Source: Phycisphaera mikurensis NBRC 102666
GTDB taxonomy: Bacteria > Planctomycetota > Phycisphaerae > Phycisphaerales > Phycisphaeraceae
Length of the DNA: 32,000 nt
Direction: 5' to 3'
NCBI RefSeq assembly: GCF_000284115.1
Contig: NC_017080.1
Location: forward strand, 3,150,001-3,182,000
A program made the position numbers and the translations under genes. How positions within the stretch are numbered: the stretch's first letter is position 1; each line of letters starts with the position of its first letter. The notes below the pieces were generated by a model. The model was given only the letters and a program-made list of their open reading frames with translations. It searched no databases and had not been told where the DNA came from. Below, one piece after another: positions 1-10,648 of the stretch.

Positions 1-2
1 AC

Positions 3-269
3 CTGCGCTTGAAGGCCATGGGCTCCGCCGGCGGCCACAACGGGCTCAAAGACGTCGAGCGGGTGCTGGGCACGCGGGCGTACGCGAGGCTGAGGATCGG
101 CATCGATGCCCCGGGCCGCATCCCGCAGGTCGACTACGTCCTCGGCAGGTTCACCGCCGATCAGCGGGAGCGGCTGGATCCGGCGCTCGACGAGGCTTGC
201 CAGGCCGTGGAGGCTTGGCTGACTCTCGGGATCGAGAAAGCGATGAACAAGGTGAACGACCGCTCGTGA
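3..269 (+). CDS. pth: Peptidyl-tRNA hydrolase, C-terminal part (gene enters from left edge)
   Basis: LRLKAMGSAGGHNGLKDVERVLGTRAYARLRIGID...DYVLGRF matches the Pth GSxGGHNGLKS and RLRIGIG..DYVL..F motifs; the frame is open to the left edge, so the TTG at 9 is not the start. Confidence 0.9.
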   Translation: MRLKAMGSAGGHNGLKDVERVLGTRAYARLRIGIDAPGRIPQVDYVLGRFTADQRERLDPALDEACQAVEAWLTLGIEKAMNKVNDRS

Positions 270-281
270 GCCGGGTGGGCT

Positions 282-682
282 GCGTGGCGTCGCCACGCAG
301 TGACCGCGGCCAGACTGGCATCGAGAGCTGAGCGGCGACGCCGCTCTGTCTGCTTGTGCGCGAAGGAGCTGCATCGCGGCTCGGACAGCGTGGCGTCGCC
401 ACGCAGCGACCGCGGCCAGGCTGGCTGCGAGAGCTGAGCGGCGACGCCGCTCTGTCTGCTTGTGCGCGAAGGAGCTGCATCGCGACTCGGACAGCGTGGC
501 GTCGCCACGCAGCTAGCGCGGCCAACATGGCTTCGAGAGCTGAGCGGCGACGCCGCTCTGTCTGCCTTGTGCGCGAAGAAGCTGCATCGCGGCTCGGACA
601 GCGTGGCGTCGCCACGCAGCTAGCGCGGCCAGGCTGGCGGAGAGAGCTGAGCGGCGACGCCGCTCTGTCTGCTTGTGCGCGA
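282..682. repeat. Tandem array, ~106-bp unit, about 3.8 copies, each with two 17-nt palindromes
   Basis: GCGTGGCGTCGCCACGC at 282, 388, 494, 601; GAGCGGCGACGCCGCTC at 330, 436, 542, 649 (spacing 106/106/107). Units are near identical. Confidence 0.95.
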
Positions 683-692
683 CGGGGCTGGG

Positions 693-2330
<1,638 letters not shown>

Positions 2331-2462
2331 GGGGCGAGATTACCGGGGGGCCGGCGCGTAGCTGCTTCGACCAAGGGACGAAGCGACGAGGCGAACGGGG
2401 GTCGTGCGACGCGGCTGCACCGCCCGCGAAGGAAGACTCCGCGGGTTGAACCCCGCCGGGTG

Positions 2463-2557
2463 AGAGACGAAGAGACGAAGTCGGCAGGGCATCGCCTACG
2501 GCGATCAGCGCGCACTGCCCGTCTTCGTCTCTTCGTCTCTTCGTCTCTTCGTCTCTT
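2463..2557. repeat. Purine-arm / pyrimidine-arm inverted simple repeat overlapping the hisF 3' end
   Basis: agagacgaagagacgaag (2463-2480) is the exact reverse complement of cttcgtctcttcgtctct (2523-2540); the pyrimidine arm continues as tcgtctcttcgtctctt. ATCGCC-TAC-GGCGAT hairpin between the arms. Confidence 0.85.
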
Positions 2558-3407
2558 GCCCCTGCCCCGGCTCTGGGCCCCGCCCCACCCGCCTCACCGG
2601 CAACCCCGCCGCCTCCATCTCCGCCTTGGCCTCGTCGATCGTGAACTCGCCGAAGTGGAAGATGCTCGCGGCGAGCACGGCGTCGGCTTCGGTCTGCTGC
2701 AGCACCTCGACCATGTGCCGCGGGTGACCGCAGCCGCCGGAGGCGACGACGGGGATGCCGACGGCGGCGGCGACGAGGCGCGTGACCTCCAGGTCGTAGC
2801 CGCTCTTGGTCCCGTCGCCGTCCATGGAGGTCAGCACGATCTCGCCGGCGCCGCGCCGCTCGCACTCGATCGCGAAGGCGACCGGATCCAGCCCCGTGGG
2901 CGTGCGGCCGCCGTGCACGTGGACCTCGAAGCCGAAGCCCGGCCGGTCCGCCGACTCCGTCGGGGCGTCGGCGTTCGTGAGCCGGTCGGCGAGGTCGGCC
3001 AGCGGGACGCGCTTCGGATCGATGTTCACGACCGTGGCGCACCGGCCGAAGCGCTTCGCCGTCTCGTCGACGATGCCGGGATCCTTGACCGCCGCGGAGT
3101 TGATGCTGACCTTCTCCGCCCCGGCCTGCACCAGCCGGGTCACGTCCTCGATCGTGCGGATCCCTCCGCCGACGGTGAAGGGCATGAAGCAGCGCTCCGC
3201 CACCTTCCGCACCACGTCGTGGATGATCCCGCGGCCCTCGTGCGACGCGTTGATGTCCAGGAACACCAGCTCGTCCGCCCCCTGCGCGTCGTACGCCGCG
3301 GCGATCTCCACCGGATCGCCCGCATCGACGAGGTCGACGAAGTTCACGCCCTTGACGACGCGGCCCGCGTGGACGTCGAGGCAGGGGATGACGCGGTGGG
3401 TCAGCAA
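2505..3407 (-). CDS. hisF: Imidazole glycerol phosphate synthase cyclase subunit, with a repeat-encoded C-terminal tail
   Basis: [78 protein letters not shown] start at 3407 chosen because the longer ORF upstream is non-homologous and TAATCT lies 7 nt upstream. Confidence 0.93.
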   Translation of the reverse strand: MLTHRVIPCLDVHAGRVVKGVNFVDLVDAGDPVEIAAAYDAQGADELVFLDINASHEGRGIIHDVVRKVAERCFMPFTVGGGIRTIEDVTRLVQAGAEKVSINSAAVKDPGIVDETAKRFGRCATVVNIDPKRVPLADLADRLTNADAPTESADRPGFGFEVHVHGGRTPTGLDPVAFAIECERRGAGEIVLTSMDGDGTKSGYDLEVTRLVAAAVGIPVVASGGCGHPRHMVEVLQQTEADAVLAASIFHFGEFTIDEAKAEMEAAGLPVRRVGRGPEPGQGQETKRRRDEETKTGSAR

Positions 3408-3614
3408 GCCGCAGAGATTAGAGCATCGTGCGCAGTTTTCCGATCGGCCTGCGTCCGCGCGTCGTGTTCCTCGTGAGGAGGCGAAGCAGCCCTGCCCCTG
3501 CAGGGCGATGCAGCCGACGAAGCGAGGGGCACGACTCGCCCGCAGAGGCGATTGAAAAAATTGCGCGCGGTGCGACAAGGACCGCGCGGAGCGGCGTTGC
3601 TTTATCCTCCCCCC

Positions 3615-3956
3615 ATGCTCCAGCCCTGGTCCGAGTCCACGTGGGTGTCCTCGCTCGACGACGGGCGGGGAGAGCCGTCGGAGGCGCTCGAGACGCTGGA
3701 GCGGGCGCTGCAGGTGCGGGCGGCGAAGGGATCCGCGGCGCCGAACGTCGTGGTGGACCTCGCGGGCATCTCGCACCTCGGGACGGTGCAGCTCGACCGG
3801 CTCCGGCTCATGCGGCGCCGCCTCGCCCGCTCCGGCGGACGGCTGCGGCTGGCGGCGCCGACCGAGGCGCTGTGGGCGGTCATCCTCGGCCACGGCGCCG
3901 ACGAGGAGTTCCTCTGGAGCGAGGACGTCGTCGGGGCGTTGGTGGAGATGAGCTGA
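3615..3956 (+). CDS. STAS-domain protein (anti-sigma-factor-antagonist-like), divergent active loop
   Basis: [39 protein letters not shown] has the STAS beta-alpha pattern. ATG 6 nt after TATCCT. Confidence 0.65.
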   Translation: MLQPWSESTWVSSLDDGRGEPSEALETLERALQVRAAKGSAAPNVVVDLAGISHLGTVQLDRLRLMRRRLARSGGRLRLAAPTEALWAVILGHGADEEFLWSEDVVGALVEMS

Positions 3957-3980
3957 GCCCGCCCACGGAGCGGCGTTTTC

Positions 3981-4002
3981 CGGAGCGCGGACCGCGGCTC
4001 CG
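3981..4002. terminator. Possible hairpin terminator between convergent genes
   Basis: CGGAGC-GCGGACCGCG-GCTCCG between the stops at 3956 (+) and 4005 (-); no U-tract. Confidence 0.3.
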
Positions 4003-4004
4003 CC

Positions 4005-4838
4005 TCAGTTCTCCGGGAGCCGGGGCTCGCGCGAGGGGGCTTCCGGCTCGGCGTCCGCGGCGGGGGTGTCGGTCTCCTCGGCCAGGCCGATGAGCTGATC
4101 GAACTCGCTGGTCCGCGTGTCGGCCTGGGCGTAGGCGAGGAACTCGTTCTCCTGCACCTTGGTGTCGGTGCCGGCGACCTCGCGGCTGATGCGGGCCTTG
4201 GCCTTGCTCTCGGCGCGGAGGTCGCGCAGCTCGGCGAGCTCCTGGCTCGTGCGGTCTTCGGAGATGCCGGAGATCATGTCCGCGATCTCGGCCTCCTCCT
4301 TCGCCGTGATCATGTCGGCGACGGTGGCGGAGGACTCGTCCTTGAGCTTGTCGATCTCGCGGAGCAGCTGCTGCAGCTGCACCTTGTGGCCGCCGATCGT
4401 GCCGGACAGCTCGTTGATCTCGCTCTCCAGGTCGGCGATCTGCTCGGTGTGGCCGGCGATCTTCCCCGAGAAGTCGTTGTAGGCCGCCATGCACTGCTGG
4501 TAGTCCTCGTGCTGCTTGATCGCCGCGAGGTCCTTGCCCTCGCCCTTGAGCTCGTTGACGGTGATGCGGGCCTTGGCGGCGGCGCCCTCCTTGAGCTGCT
4601 CCAGGCGGTTGACCTCCTCGGAGAGCTGCTTGAGGCGGTAGCTCTTCTTCTCCTGGTTGGCGATCAGCCGGGAGACGGCGTCCTTGTACTGGTGGATGCG
4701 CTCCTTCTTCTCGGCGATGACGCGGTCGAAGGTCGCCCGGACGACGTGCGGGTTCGTCTGGATCGCACGCCGCGCCTGATCGATGCGACCGGTGAAGAGA
4801 TAGCCGATGGCCCTGAAGTATTTTCCGATCGCGCTCAT
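4005..4838 (-). CDS. PspA/IM30 (Vipp1) family protein
   Basis: Coiled-coil ORF MSAIGKYFRAIGYLFTGRIDQARRAIQTNPHVVRATFDRVI...IADMISGISEDRTSQELAELRD...AQADTRTSEFDQLIGLAEE; ESCRT-III/PspA-like layout. ATG at 4838. Confidence 0.65.
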   Translation of the reverse strand: MSAIGKYFRAIGYLFTGRIDQARRAIQTNPHVVRATFDRVIAEKKERIHQYKDAVSRLIANQEKKSYRLKQLSEEVNRLEQLKEGAAAKARITVNELKGEGKDLAAIKQHEDYQQCMAAYNDFSGKIAGHTEQIADLESEINELSGTIGGHKVQLQQLLREIDKLKDESSATVADMITAKEEAEIADMISGISEDRTSQELAELRDLRAESKAKARISREVAGTDTKVQENEFLAYAQADTRTSEFDQLIGLAEETDTPAADAEPEAPSREPRLPEN

Positions 4839-4916
4839 GACGCGGACGCTAGCAGGCTCGGTGGGGCGGATCGGCCCGTCCACGCGGACCGGGGCCGGGC
4901 CGGGCCGGGCCGGGGT

Positions 4917-5681
4917 CTACTCCCGGATCCGATCTTCGTCGAGCTCGGCCAGGCGCTCTTCGACGCGGCGGGCGATCGCCATCGCGGCCCCGAGCTCCTC
5001 GGCCAGGTCGTCGAGGCCCTCGCGGCCGCCGGAGGAGGCGGAGGGGCCCGCGAGCGAGCGGCTCTCGAGGCGGCCGACCGCGACGGCCATGCGGGAGGCG
5101 GCGTCCTCGACGCCGGCGAGCAGCCGCTCGTCGGCGGCCTGCGCCTCCTCGGAACCCGGCCCGCCGCGGCCGGCCGGGGAGGCGCGGAGCGTCGCGAGGC
5201 GCTCGAGGGACGCCAACGCGGCGATGCGCATCCGCTCGACCACCGCCAGCACCTCCGCGTCGGCGGGGGCGAGGCGGTCAAGCCGCCCTTGCAGCCGCAG
5301 CGAGCGGGTGCCCAGGTCCCGCAGGCCGGCGAGGGCGCGCAGCGCCCGCGGCTCGCGGCCCGCGGCGAGCCGGTCCTGCAGGCGGTTGAGGCCGCGGTTG
5401 CGACGCTTCTCCGCCTCGTGGCGGAGGTCTTCGGCGAGGTCGCGGCGGAGGCTGTCGCCGAAGGAGATCCACCGCCACGCCATCGTCGCCAGCGCCGCGG
5501 CCAGCAGCACGCCTCCCAGCCCGAGCAGGTAGAGCCCCAGCGGGCCGCCGATGAGCAGCGTCGCCGCCCCGCCGCCCGCCGCGGCCCAGCCGCCCAGCCA
5601 CGCAAGCGCCGCGACCTGCGGGCTGTCGCCGAGCTTCCGGGCCCAGCGCCAGCCGCGTCGGAAGCTCTGCGGGATCGGCAT
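4917..5681 (-). CDS. Hypothetical protein with N-terminal hydrophobic helices and a coiled-coil cytosolic region
   Basis: ORF with AALAWLGGWAAAGGGAATLLIGGPLGLYLLGLGGVLLAAALATMAW followed by Arg/Leu-rich helices; TAGCCT 6 nt before ATG; same strand as the PspA-like gene. Confidence 0.7.
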   Translation of the reverse strand: MPIPQSFRRGWRWARKLGDSPQVAALAWLGGWAAAGGGAATLLIGGPLGLYLLGLGGVLLAAALATMAWRWISFGDSLRRDLAEDLRHEAEKRRNRGLNRLQDRLAAGREPRALRALAGLRDLGTRSLRLQGRLDRLAPADAEVLAVVERMRIAALASLERLATLRASPAGRGGPGSEEAQAADERLLAGVEDAASRMAVAVGRLESRSLAGPSASSGGREGLDDLAEELGAAMAIARRVEERLAELDEDRIRE

Positions 5682-5791
5682 GCGCGAAGGCTAAAGCATC
5701 GTGCGCCCTCCCCTGGTCGGCCTGCCCGCCGAGGCAATCAGGCGAGGGGGCGCGGTGCGCTGATCCGGCCGCACCGGTAGCCTCGCCCGCC

Positions 5792-6934
5792 GTGCCCGAT
5801 GCCGCCCCGACCGCCGGATCCGAACGCTCCGTCCGCGTCACGCCCGGCGGCGACGCGGGCCTCGGCTACGAGGTCGCGGTCGGTCCGGGCCTGCTCGGCG
5901 GCCTCGGCGAGCGGGTCGCCGAGGCGGTGCCCGGGCTCGCGTCCGGCGGCCGGGCGGCGCTGATCAGCGACGAGAGCCTCGAGGCGTACGGCCACACGCA
6001 GCGAGCGGCGAAGAGCCTGCAGGCGGCGGGCATCGACACGACGGTGATGGTCATCCCCGTGGGCGAGCGGCGGAAGAACCTCAAGACCGTCGGCCACCTG
6101 CTGGACCTCTGCCTCGACGCGGGCCTGGAGCGGGGCCACCCGGTGGTGGCGCTTGGCGGCGGAATCGTCGGCGATGTCGCCGGCTTCGTGGCGGCCTCGC
6201 TGCTCCGCGGCGTGCCGTTCGTGCAGTGCCCGACGACCCTGCTGGCGATGTGCGACGCGTCGGTGGGCGGCAAGACCGGCGTCAACACGAAGCAGGGCAA
6301 GAACCTCGTGGGCGCCTTCTGGCAGCCGAGGCTGGTGCTCGCCGACGTCGATCTCCTCGCGACGCTGCCCGACGCGGAGCTCGCCTGCGGGCTGGCGGAG
6401 TGCCTGAAGCACGGGATCATCCGCGACGCCGCGCTGTTCCGCTTCATCGTCGAGCGGGCCGGGGCCTTCCGCTCGCGCGACGCCGCGGCGCTCACCGATC
6501 TCGTCGCCCGCAACGTGGCGATCAAGGCGGCGGTCGTCGCGGCCGACGAGCGGGAGCGTGGCGAGCGGGCCCACCTGAACCTCGGCCACACCTTCGCCCA
6601 CGCGATCGAGGCGACGTGGCGGCTGGGCAAGGCGTACCGGCACGGCGAGGCCGTCGCAATCGGCATTGCCGCCGCGACGCGGATGGCGGCCGCGCTGGGG
6701 CGTTGCCCCGAGGCACTGGTCCACGAGGTGGAGGCCGGGCTGCAGGCGGCTGCCCTGCCGATCCGCGGCGACCTCGCGCCCAACGCCGCCCTGCTCAAGG
6801 TGATGCTGCGGGACAAGAAGGCCTCGGGCGGGAGAGTCCGCTTCGTGCTCCCGACACGGATGGGGGCGTGCGAGATCGTCGGCGACGTGCCCGAGGACGC
6901 CGTCGCGGCGGCCTGGGACGCCGTCCGCGCGTGA
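5792..6934 (+). CDS. aroB: 3-dehydroquinate synthase
   Basis: GERRKNLKTV, VVALGGGIVGDVAGFVAASLLRGVPFVQCPTTLLAMCDASVGGKTGVNTKQGKNLVGAFWQP, NLGHTFAHAIE. GTG start. Confidence 0.97.
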   Translation: MPDAAPTAGSERSVRVTPGGDAGLGYEVAVGPGLLGGLGERVAEAVPGLASGGRAALISDESLEAYGHTQRAAKSLQAAGIDTTVMVIPVGERRKNLKTVGHLLDLCLDAGLERGHPVVALGGGIVGDVAGFVAASLLRGVPFVQCPTTLLAMCDASVGGKTGVNTKQGKNLVGAFWQPRLVLADVDLLATLPDAELACGLAECLKHGIIRDAALFRFIVERAGAFRSRDAAALTDLVARNVAIKAAVVAADERERGERAHLNLGHTFAHAIEATWRLGKAYRHGEAVAIGIAAATRMAAALGRCPEALVHEVEAGLQAAALPIRGDLAPNAALLKVMLRDKKASGGRVRFVLPTRMGACEIVGDVPEDAVAAAWDAVRA

Positions 6935-6936
6935 GG

Positions 6937-6982
6937 CCGCGGACCGTTGCCGGTTTCCGCGCGAAACGGCCGCGGTCCGCGG
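6937..6982. repeat. 46-bp CCGCGGACCG-N26-CGGTCCGCGG element, copy A
   Basis: Arms 6937-6946 and 6973-6982, spacer 26 nt; lies between the convergent stops of aroB and the SMP-30 gene. Confidence 0.95.
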
Positions 6983-6989
6983 GCGGGCG

Positions 6990-7904
6990 TCACCCGCAGG
7001 CGATGCGGGAGCGGTGCCGCGGGGCGCCGCGGACGCCGGGCATCTCGGCGACGAAGAGCGCCCCCTCGGGCGACGACGCGGGGTCTTCGGGGTTGCCCCC
7101 GGCGGTGGTGACGCAGGCGGTGGCGAGGCCGGAACCGGCGAAGGCGATCGCGGTCACCTTGTCCACGGGCAGCTCGATCGCCCGCGAGGCCTCGCCGGTC
7201 GCCGGGTCGTGCTCCCACACGCCGCGGCCGCCCCAGCGGGCGCTCCAGAGGCGGCCGGCCTCGTCCATCGCCATGCCGTCGCAGCCGCAGCCGGCCTCCT
7301 CGAAGAAGACCGCGCGGTCGGTCAGGTCGCCGGTGGCCGGGTCGTAGGCGTAGCGGTAGATGCGGCCGGGCGTGGTGTCCGTGAGGTAGAGGTGGCGTCC
7401 GTCGGGCGTGAAGCCCATGCCGTTGGGGATGCCGAAGCCCTCGTCGACGACCCGGGTCGAGCCGTCGGGGTCGAGCCGGAGGAGCTTCCCGGTCATGTCG
7501 GCGCCGTCGCCCTCGAAGTTGCTCATCGTGCCGCTGAAGAGGCGGCCGGCCGGATCGGCGAGGCAGTCGTTGAAGCGGGTGCCCGGGCACAGCCCCTCGT
7601 GGACCGTCGTCTGCCGGCCGCCGTCGAAACGCTGCACGTGGCCCTCGGCGCCGAGCAGGAGCAAGGCCCCGTCGGCCTCGAGCGAGGCGGCGCCGACGGG
7701 CGGGCCGGTGCGGACCGTCTCGGGTACCGCTCCCGCGGCCGGGGTGCCGTCGGCCTCGGTGGCGAGCCGGAAGAGCCGGCCGGTGACGATGTCGATCCAG
7801 TAGAGGGCCCGCTCGTCGGGGTGCCAGAGCGGGTTCTCGCCGCACGCGCAGCCCGTCTGCGCGACGCGGCGGGCGGGGACGGGTCGGTTCGGGGGGGCGT
7901 CCAT
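6990..7904 (-). CDS. SMP-30/gluconolactonase/LRE family protein
   Basis: CGENPLWHPDERALYWIDIVTGRLFRL, GTRFNDCLADPAGRLFSGTM, GIPNGMGFTPDGRHLYLTDT, DGMAMDEAGRLWSARWGG. Start placed at ATG 7904. Confidence 0.9.
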   Translation of the reverse strand: MDAPPNRPVPARRVAQTGCACGENPLWHPDERALYWIDIVTGRLFRLATEADGTPAAGAVPETVRTGPPVGAASLEADGALLLLGAEGHVQRFDGGRQTTVHEGLCPGTRFNDCLADPAGRLFSGTMSNFEGDGADMTGKLLRLDPDGSTRVVDEGFGIPNGMGFTPDGRHLYLTDTTPGRIYRYAYDPATGDLTDRAVFFEEAGCGCDGMAMDEAGRLWSARWGGRGVWEHDPATGEASRAIELPVDKVTAIAFAGSGLATACVTTAGGNPEDPASSPEGALFVAEMPGVRGAPRHRSRIACG

Positions 7905-8011
7905 GGGGGCCGGGTTCCGTGCTAGATTCGAGATCTTCCGGCCGGATCGTAATCCCCGGCTTCCGCGCGGTTTCGCGTTTTCCCCCGTTTCCGGCCCCGA
8001 CACCCCGCGCC

Positions 8012-8629
8012 ATGGCTGCACCCACCCGAACCCTCGCCGCCGCGCTTCTGATCGCCCCGCTCGCCCTCGTTGGCTGCGGCGGCGAGGAGCCCGCCGCCGG
8101 GCTGGCGGACACGACCGACGGCCTGGTCGAGGCGTCGTCGGAGCGGCACGAGGCCTCGGAGGCGTTCACCGAGGCCGCCGCGGCCGCGGAAGCCGCGACG
8201 GCCGAGGCCGAGGCGGCGCTGGCCGAGCGGGCGCCGGCGATCGAGGCGGAGATCCAGGAGGACCTCGCCACCGCCACCGCCGAGCTCGACGCCGCGAAGG
8301 CGGCGCTGGGCCGCCAGGCCGACGATCTCTTCGGCGAGGTCGAGGCCGCCATCGCCGAGCGTCGCTACCCGCAGGCGCAGGCGGCCCTGGAGACGCTGGA
8401 GGCCATGCCCCACGCCGGGGGCGAGCCCGCGGCGGGCTTCACCGACCGCATCGCCGCGGCGGAGGCGGCGCTGGAAGAGGCCCAGGCCGGCGACGAGGCG
8501 ATCGGCTCGGCGCAGGCGGCCATCGATGCCGCGAAAGCGACGGCGGACCGGCCGCCCGCGGCGGCGGCGGAGGCCGCGCCGGAGATCGGGCGGCCGCCGG
8601 AGACGCAGACGCCGGCCCTGGAGAAGTGA
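8012..8629 (+). CDS. Putative lipoprotein, Ala/Glu-rich helical
   Basis: MAAPTRTLAAALLIAPLALVGCGG signal/lipobox followed by Ala/Glu-rich helical sequence. Confidence 0.65.
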   Translation: MAAPTRTLAAALLIAPLALVGCGGEEPAAGLADTTDGLVEASSERHEASEAFTEAAAAAEAATAEAEAALAERAPAIEAEIQEDLATATAELDAAKAALGRQADDLFGEVEAAIAERRYPQAQAALETLEAMPHAGGEPAAGFTDRIAAAEAALEEAQAGDEAIGSAQAAIDAAKATADRPPAAAAEAAPEIGRPPETQTPALEK

Positions 8630-8640
8630 GCGGACCCGCT

Positions 8641-8657
8641 CCGCCGCTCAGCGGCGG
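8641..8657. terminator. Possible bidirectional terminator hairpin
   Basis: CCGCCGCT-C-AGCGGCGG perfect 8-bp arms at the junction of convergent stops (8629 + and 8648 -). Confidence 0.4.
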
Positions 8658-10000
8658 GCCACCAGCAACGCGGCGATCGTGGCGCCCTGGAAGACCAGCG
8701 TCGCCAGCGCCCACCGCTGGAAGAGCGCGTCGTCGCCGGCCGCCATCCACAGAGCGCCGAGCAGGCAGACGAGCGTGAGGGCTTGGAGCACGAGCGCGAC
8801 GATCGTCGCGGCGGAAGCGTCGCCGCCGCCGCGGTTCCCCCGCAGCTCGTGGAGGATCTGCTGCAGGATCTTCGCCGAGGGCTCGGCGGGTGCGGCGGGT
8901 GCGGCGGGTGCGGCGGGTGCGGCCTCGCCGCGGACCGCGGGCGGATCCGGCGGATGGGGCCGACGGTCCGCGGTCTCCGCGGCTCCCGCGGGCGCGGGCG
9001 CGGGCGCCGGGGCAGCCGATGCGGCGTCGGGCGCGGGAGCCGGCGGCGCGGGATCGGCCGGCTTCGGAGGGTCCTGCCGGCCGCGGGCCCGCTGCATCGC
9101 CCGCTCGACCACCGGGCGTCCCCGATCGATCAGGGCGTTGACGGGTGCCTCGACGAGCGGGCCGCTCTCCTCCTCGGGCGGCAGGCTCAGCGGGCGGAAG
9201 GCCCGCCCCGGGGCCCGCTTCGGCTCCTGCGGAGGCGTGGGCGGATCCGCGGGCGGTGGCGTGGCGGAGGCCGGCGGAGCGGTCTTCACGGGCGGGCCCG
9301 CGGCGACGCGGTGGCGCTCGGTGTGGCGCTGCGAGGCGATCACCCGGACGGCCTCGACGAGCGTGCCGGCGAAGAAGTCGGGGCGGTGGGCTTCGGCGGC
9401 GGCCTCGGCGGCTTCGTCCCCGCCGCTGTTCTTCTTCGCTTGCTCGCGGGCCAGCTCCCCGAGCCGGGCGGGGGACAGGCGCCCGGCCTCGGGGTGCAGC
9501 AGCACGGTGCGGCAGCCGGCGGCTTCGCCGGCCTGCGTGTCGCGGAACGCGTCGCCCACCATCCACGAGCGGGCGAGGTCGAGCTTCAGGTCTTCGGCGG
9601 CGCGGAGCATCATGCCCGGGGCCGGCTTGCGGTCTGGGTGCTCGCGGGTGTACGCCTCGTCGCTGCCCTCGGGGTGGTACGGGCAGAAGTAGTAGCCGGC
9701 GACCGTCGCGCCGTTGGCCCCGTGCTCGAGCAGCGCGTCGATGCGGGCGTGCACCGCCTCGACGTCGGCCTCGCCGTACTTGCCGCGGGCCACGCCGCCC
9801 TGGTTGGTCACCACGACGACCTGGAAGCCGAGGCCGCGGAGCGAGGCGACGGCCATCGCCGCGCCCTGCACGAGCTCCACCTTGGCCGGGTCGCCCAGGT
9901 CGCCGGTGTTGTGGATCAGCGTCTCGTCGCGATCCAGGAAGACCGCGGGCGAGCGACCGGCCTCCGGCTTCGCGTTCGCGGGGGCGGCGGCCACGCTCAC
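8648..10000 (-). CDS. HAD-IIIA phosphatase (GmhB / histidinol-phosphatase type) fused to a Pro/Ala-rich linker and C-terminal membrane segment
   Basis: PAVFLDRDETLIHN..GDLGDP, VVVTNQGGVARGKY, GYYFCPYHPEG, RKPAPGMMLRAAEDL, MVGDAFRDTQAG; C-terminal helices AATIVALVLQALTLVCLLGALWMAAG...LVFQGATIAALLVARR. Confidence 0.85.
   Translation of the reverse strand: MSVAAAPANAKPEAGRSPAVFLDRDETLIHNTGDLGDPAKVELVQGAAMAVASLRGLGFQVVVVTNQGGVARGKYGEADVEAVHARIDALLEHGANGATVAGYYFCPYHPEGSDEAYTREHPDRKPAPGMMLRAAEDLKLDLARSWMVGDAFRDTQAGEAAGCRTVLLHPEAGRLSPARLGELAREQAKKNSGGDEAAEAAAEAHRPDFFAGTLVEAVRVIASQRHTERHRVAAGPPVKTAPPASATPPPADPPTPPQEPKRAPGRAFRPLSLPPEEESGPLVEAPVNALIDRGRPVVERAMQRARGRQDPPKPADPAPPAPAPDAASAAPAPAPAPAGAAETADRRPHPPDPPAVRGEAAPAAPAAPAAPAEPSAKILQQILHELRGNRGGGDASAATIVALVLQALTLVCLLGALWMAAGDDALFQRWALATLVFQGATIAALLVARR
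8928..8973. repeat. 46-bp element, copy F, inside the GmhB-like CDS
   Basis: Arms 8928-8937 and 8964-8973, spacer 26 nt; codes TADRRPHPPDPPAVRGE on the minus strand. Confidence 0.95.
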
Positions 10001-10623
10001 GAGCCGGCGCCCGCCGCCTGCGATCGCTCGGCAACGCGGCGCGCCCGCTCGGCCTCCACCAGGCCGACGAGCTCCTCGAGCGCCCGGTCGAGGTCGTCGT
10101 TCGTGACGAAGCCGGCGTAGACGTTGCTGGTCTGGGCGGCGTGGATCTCCTCCTTCGCCTGGTTGAAGCGGCGGCGGATGACGTCCTCGTCGTCCTGGGC
10201 CCGGCTCCGCAGGCGGTCCAGCAGGGTCTGCTCGTCGGGCGCGAGGATGAAGATGCCGAAGGCCTCGGGCATCAGCTGCTTCACCTGCGCCGCCCCGTTG
10301 ACGTCGATCTCGAGCACGACGCAGCGGCCGGCGGCGAGGTGCTCGGTGACGAAGCGGCGCGGGGTGCCGTAGTGGTTGCCGTGCACGGCGGCGTGCTCGA
10401 GGAAGTCGTCCTCGGCGACCGAGTCTTGGAAGCTCTCCACGCTCACGAAGTGGTAGTGCTGCCCGTCGACGTCGCCGGGACGCAGCGACCGGGTGGTCTT
10501 GCTGATGGACAGCTCCGCGCCGATCCGCGGCAGCAGCCGGTTCACCAGCGTGCTCTTCCCGACCCCCGAGGGCCCGGAGACGATGACCAGAAAACCCGGG
10601 TTTCGTTCGCTTTGGTCGCTCAT
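9997..10623 (-). CDS. gmk: Guanylate kinase
   Basis: GFLVIVSGPSGVGKSTLVNRLL, ISKTTRSLRPGDVDGQHYHFVS, VLEIDVNGAAQVK, IRRRFNQAKEEI. Overlaps the downstream gene by 4 nt. Confidence 0.97.
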   Translation of the reverse strand: MSDQSERNPGFLVIVSGPSGVGKSTLVNRLLPRIGAELSISKTTRSLRPGDVDGQHYHFVSVESFQDSVAEDDFLEHAAVHGNHYGTPRRFVTEHLAAGRCVVLEIDVNGAAQVKQLMPEAFGIFILAPDEQTLLDRLRSRAQDDEDVIRRRFNQAKEEIHAAQTSNVYAGFVTNDDLDRALEELVGLVEAERARRVAERSQAAGAGS

Positions 10624-10648
10624 CGGCGGAGGATACGGGGCGGCCGCC

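Noticed and set aside
282-682. CRISPR array hypothesis
   Set aside because: Whole 106-bp units are near identical, with no short repeat/unique spacer pattern and no cas genes.
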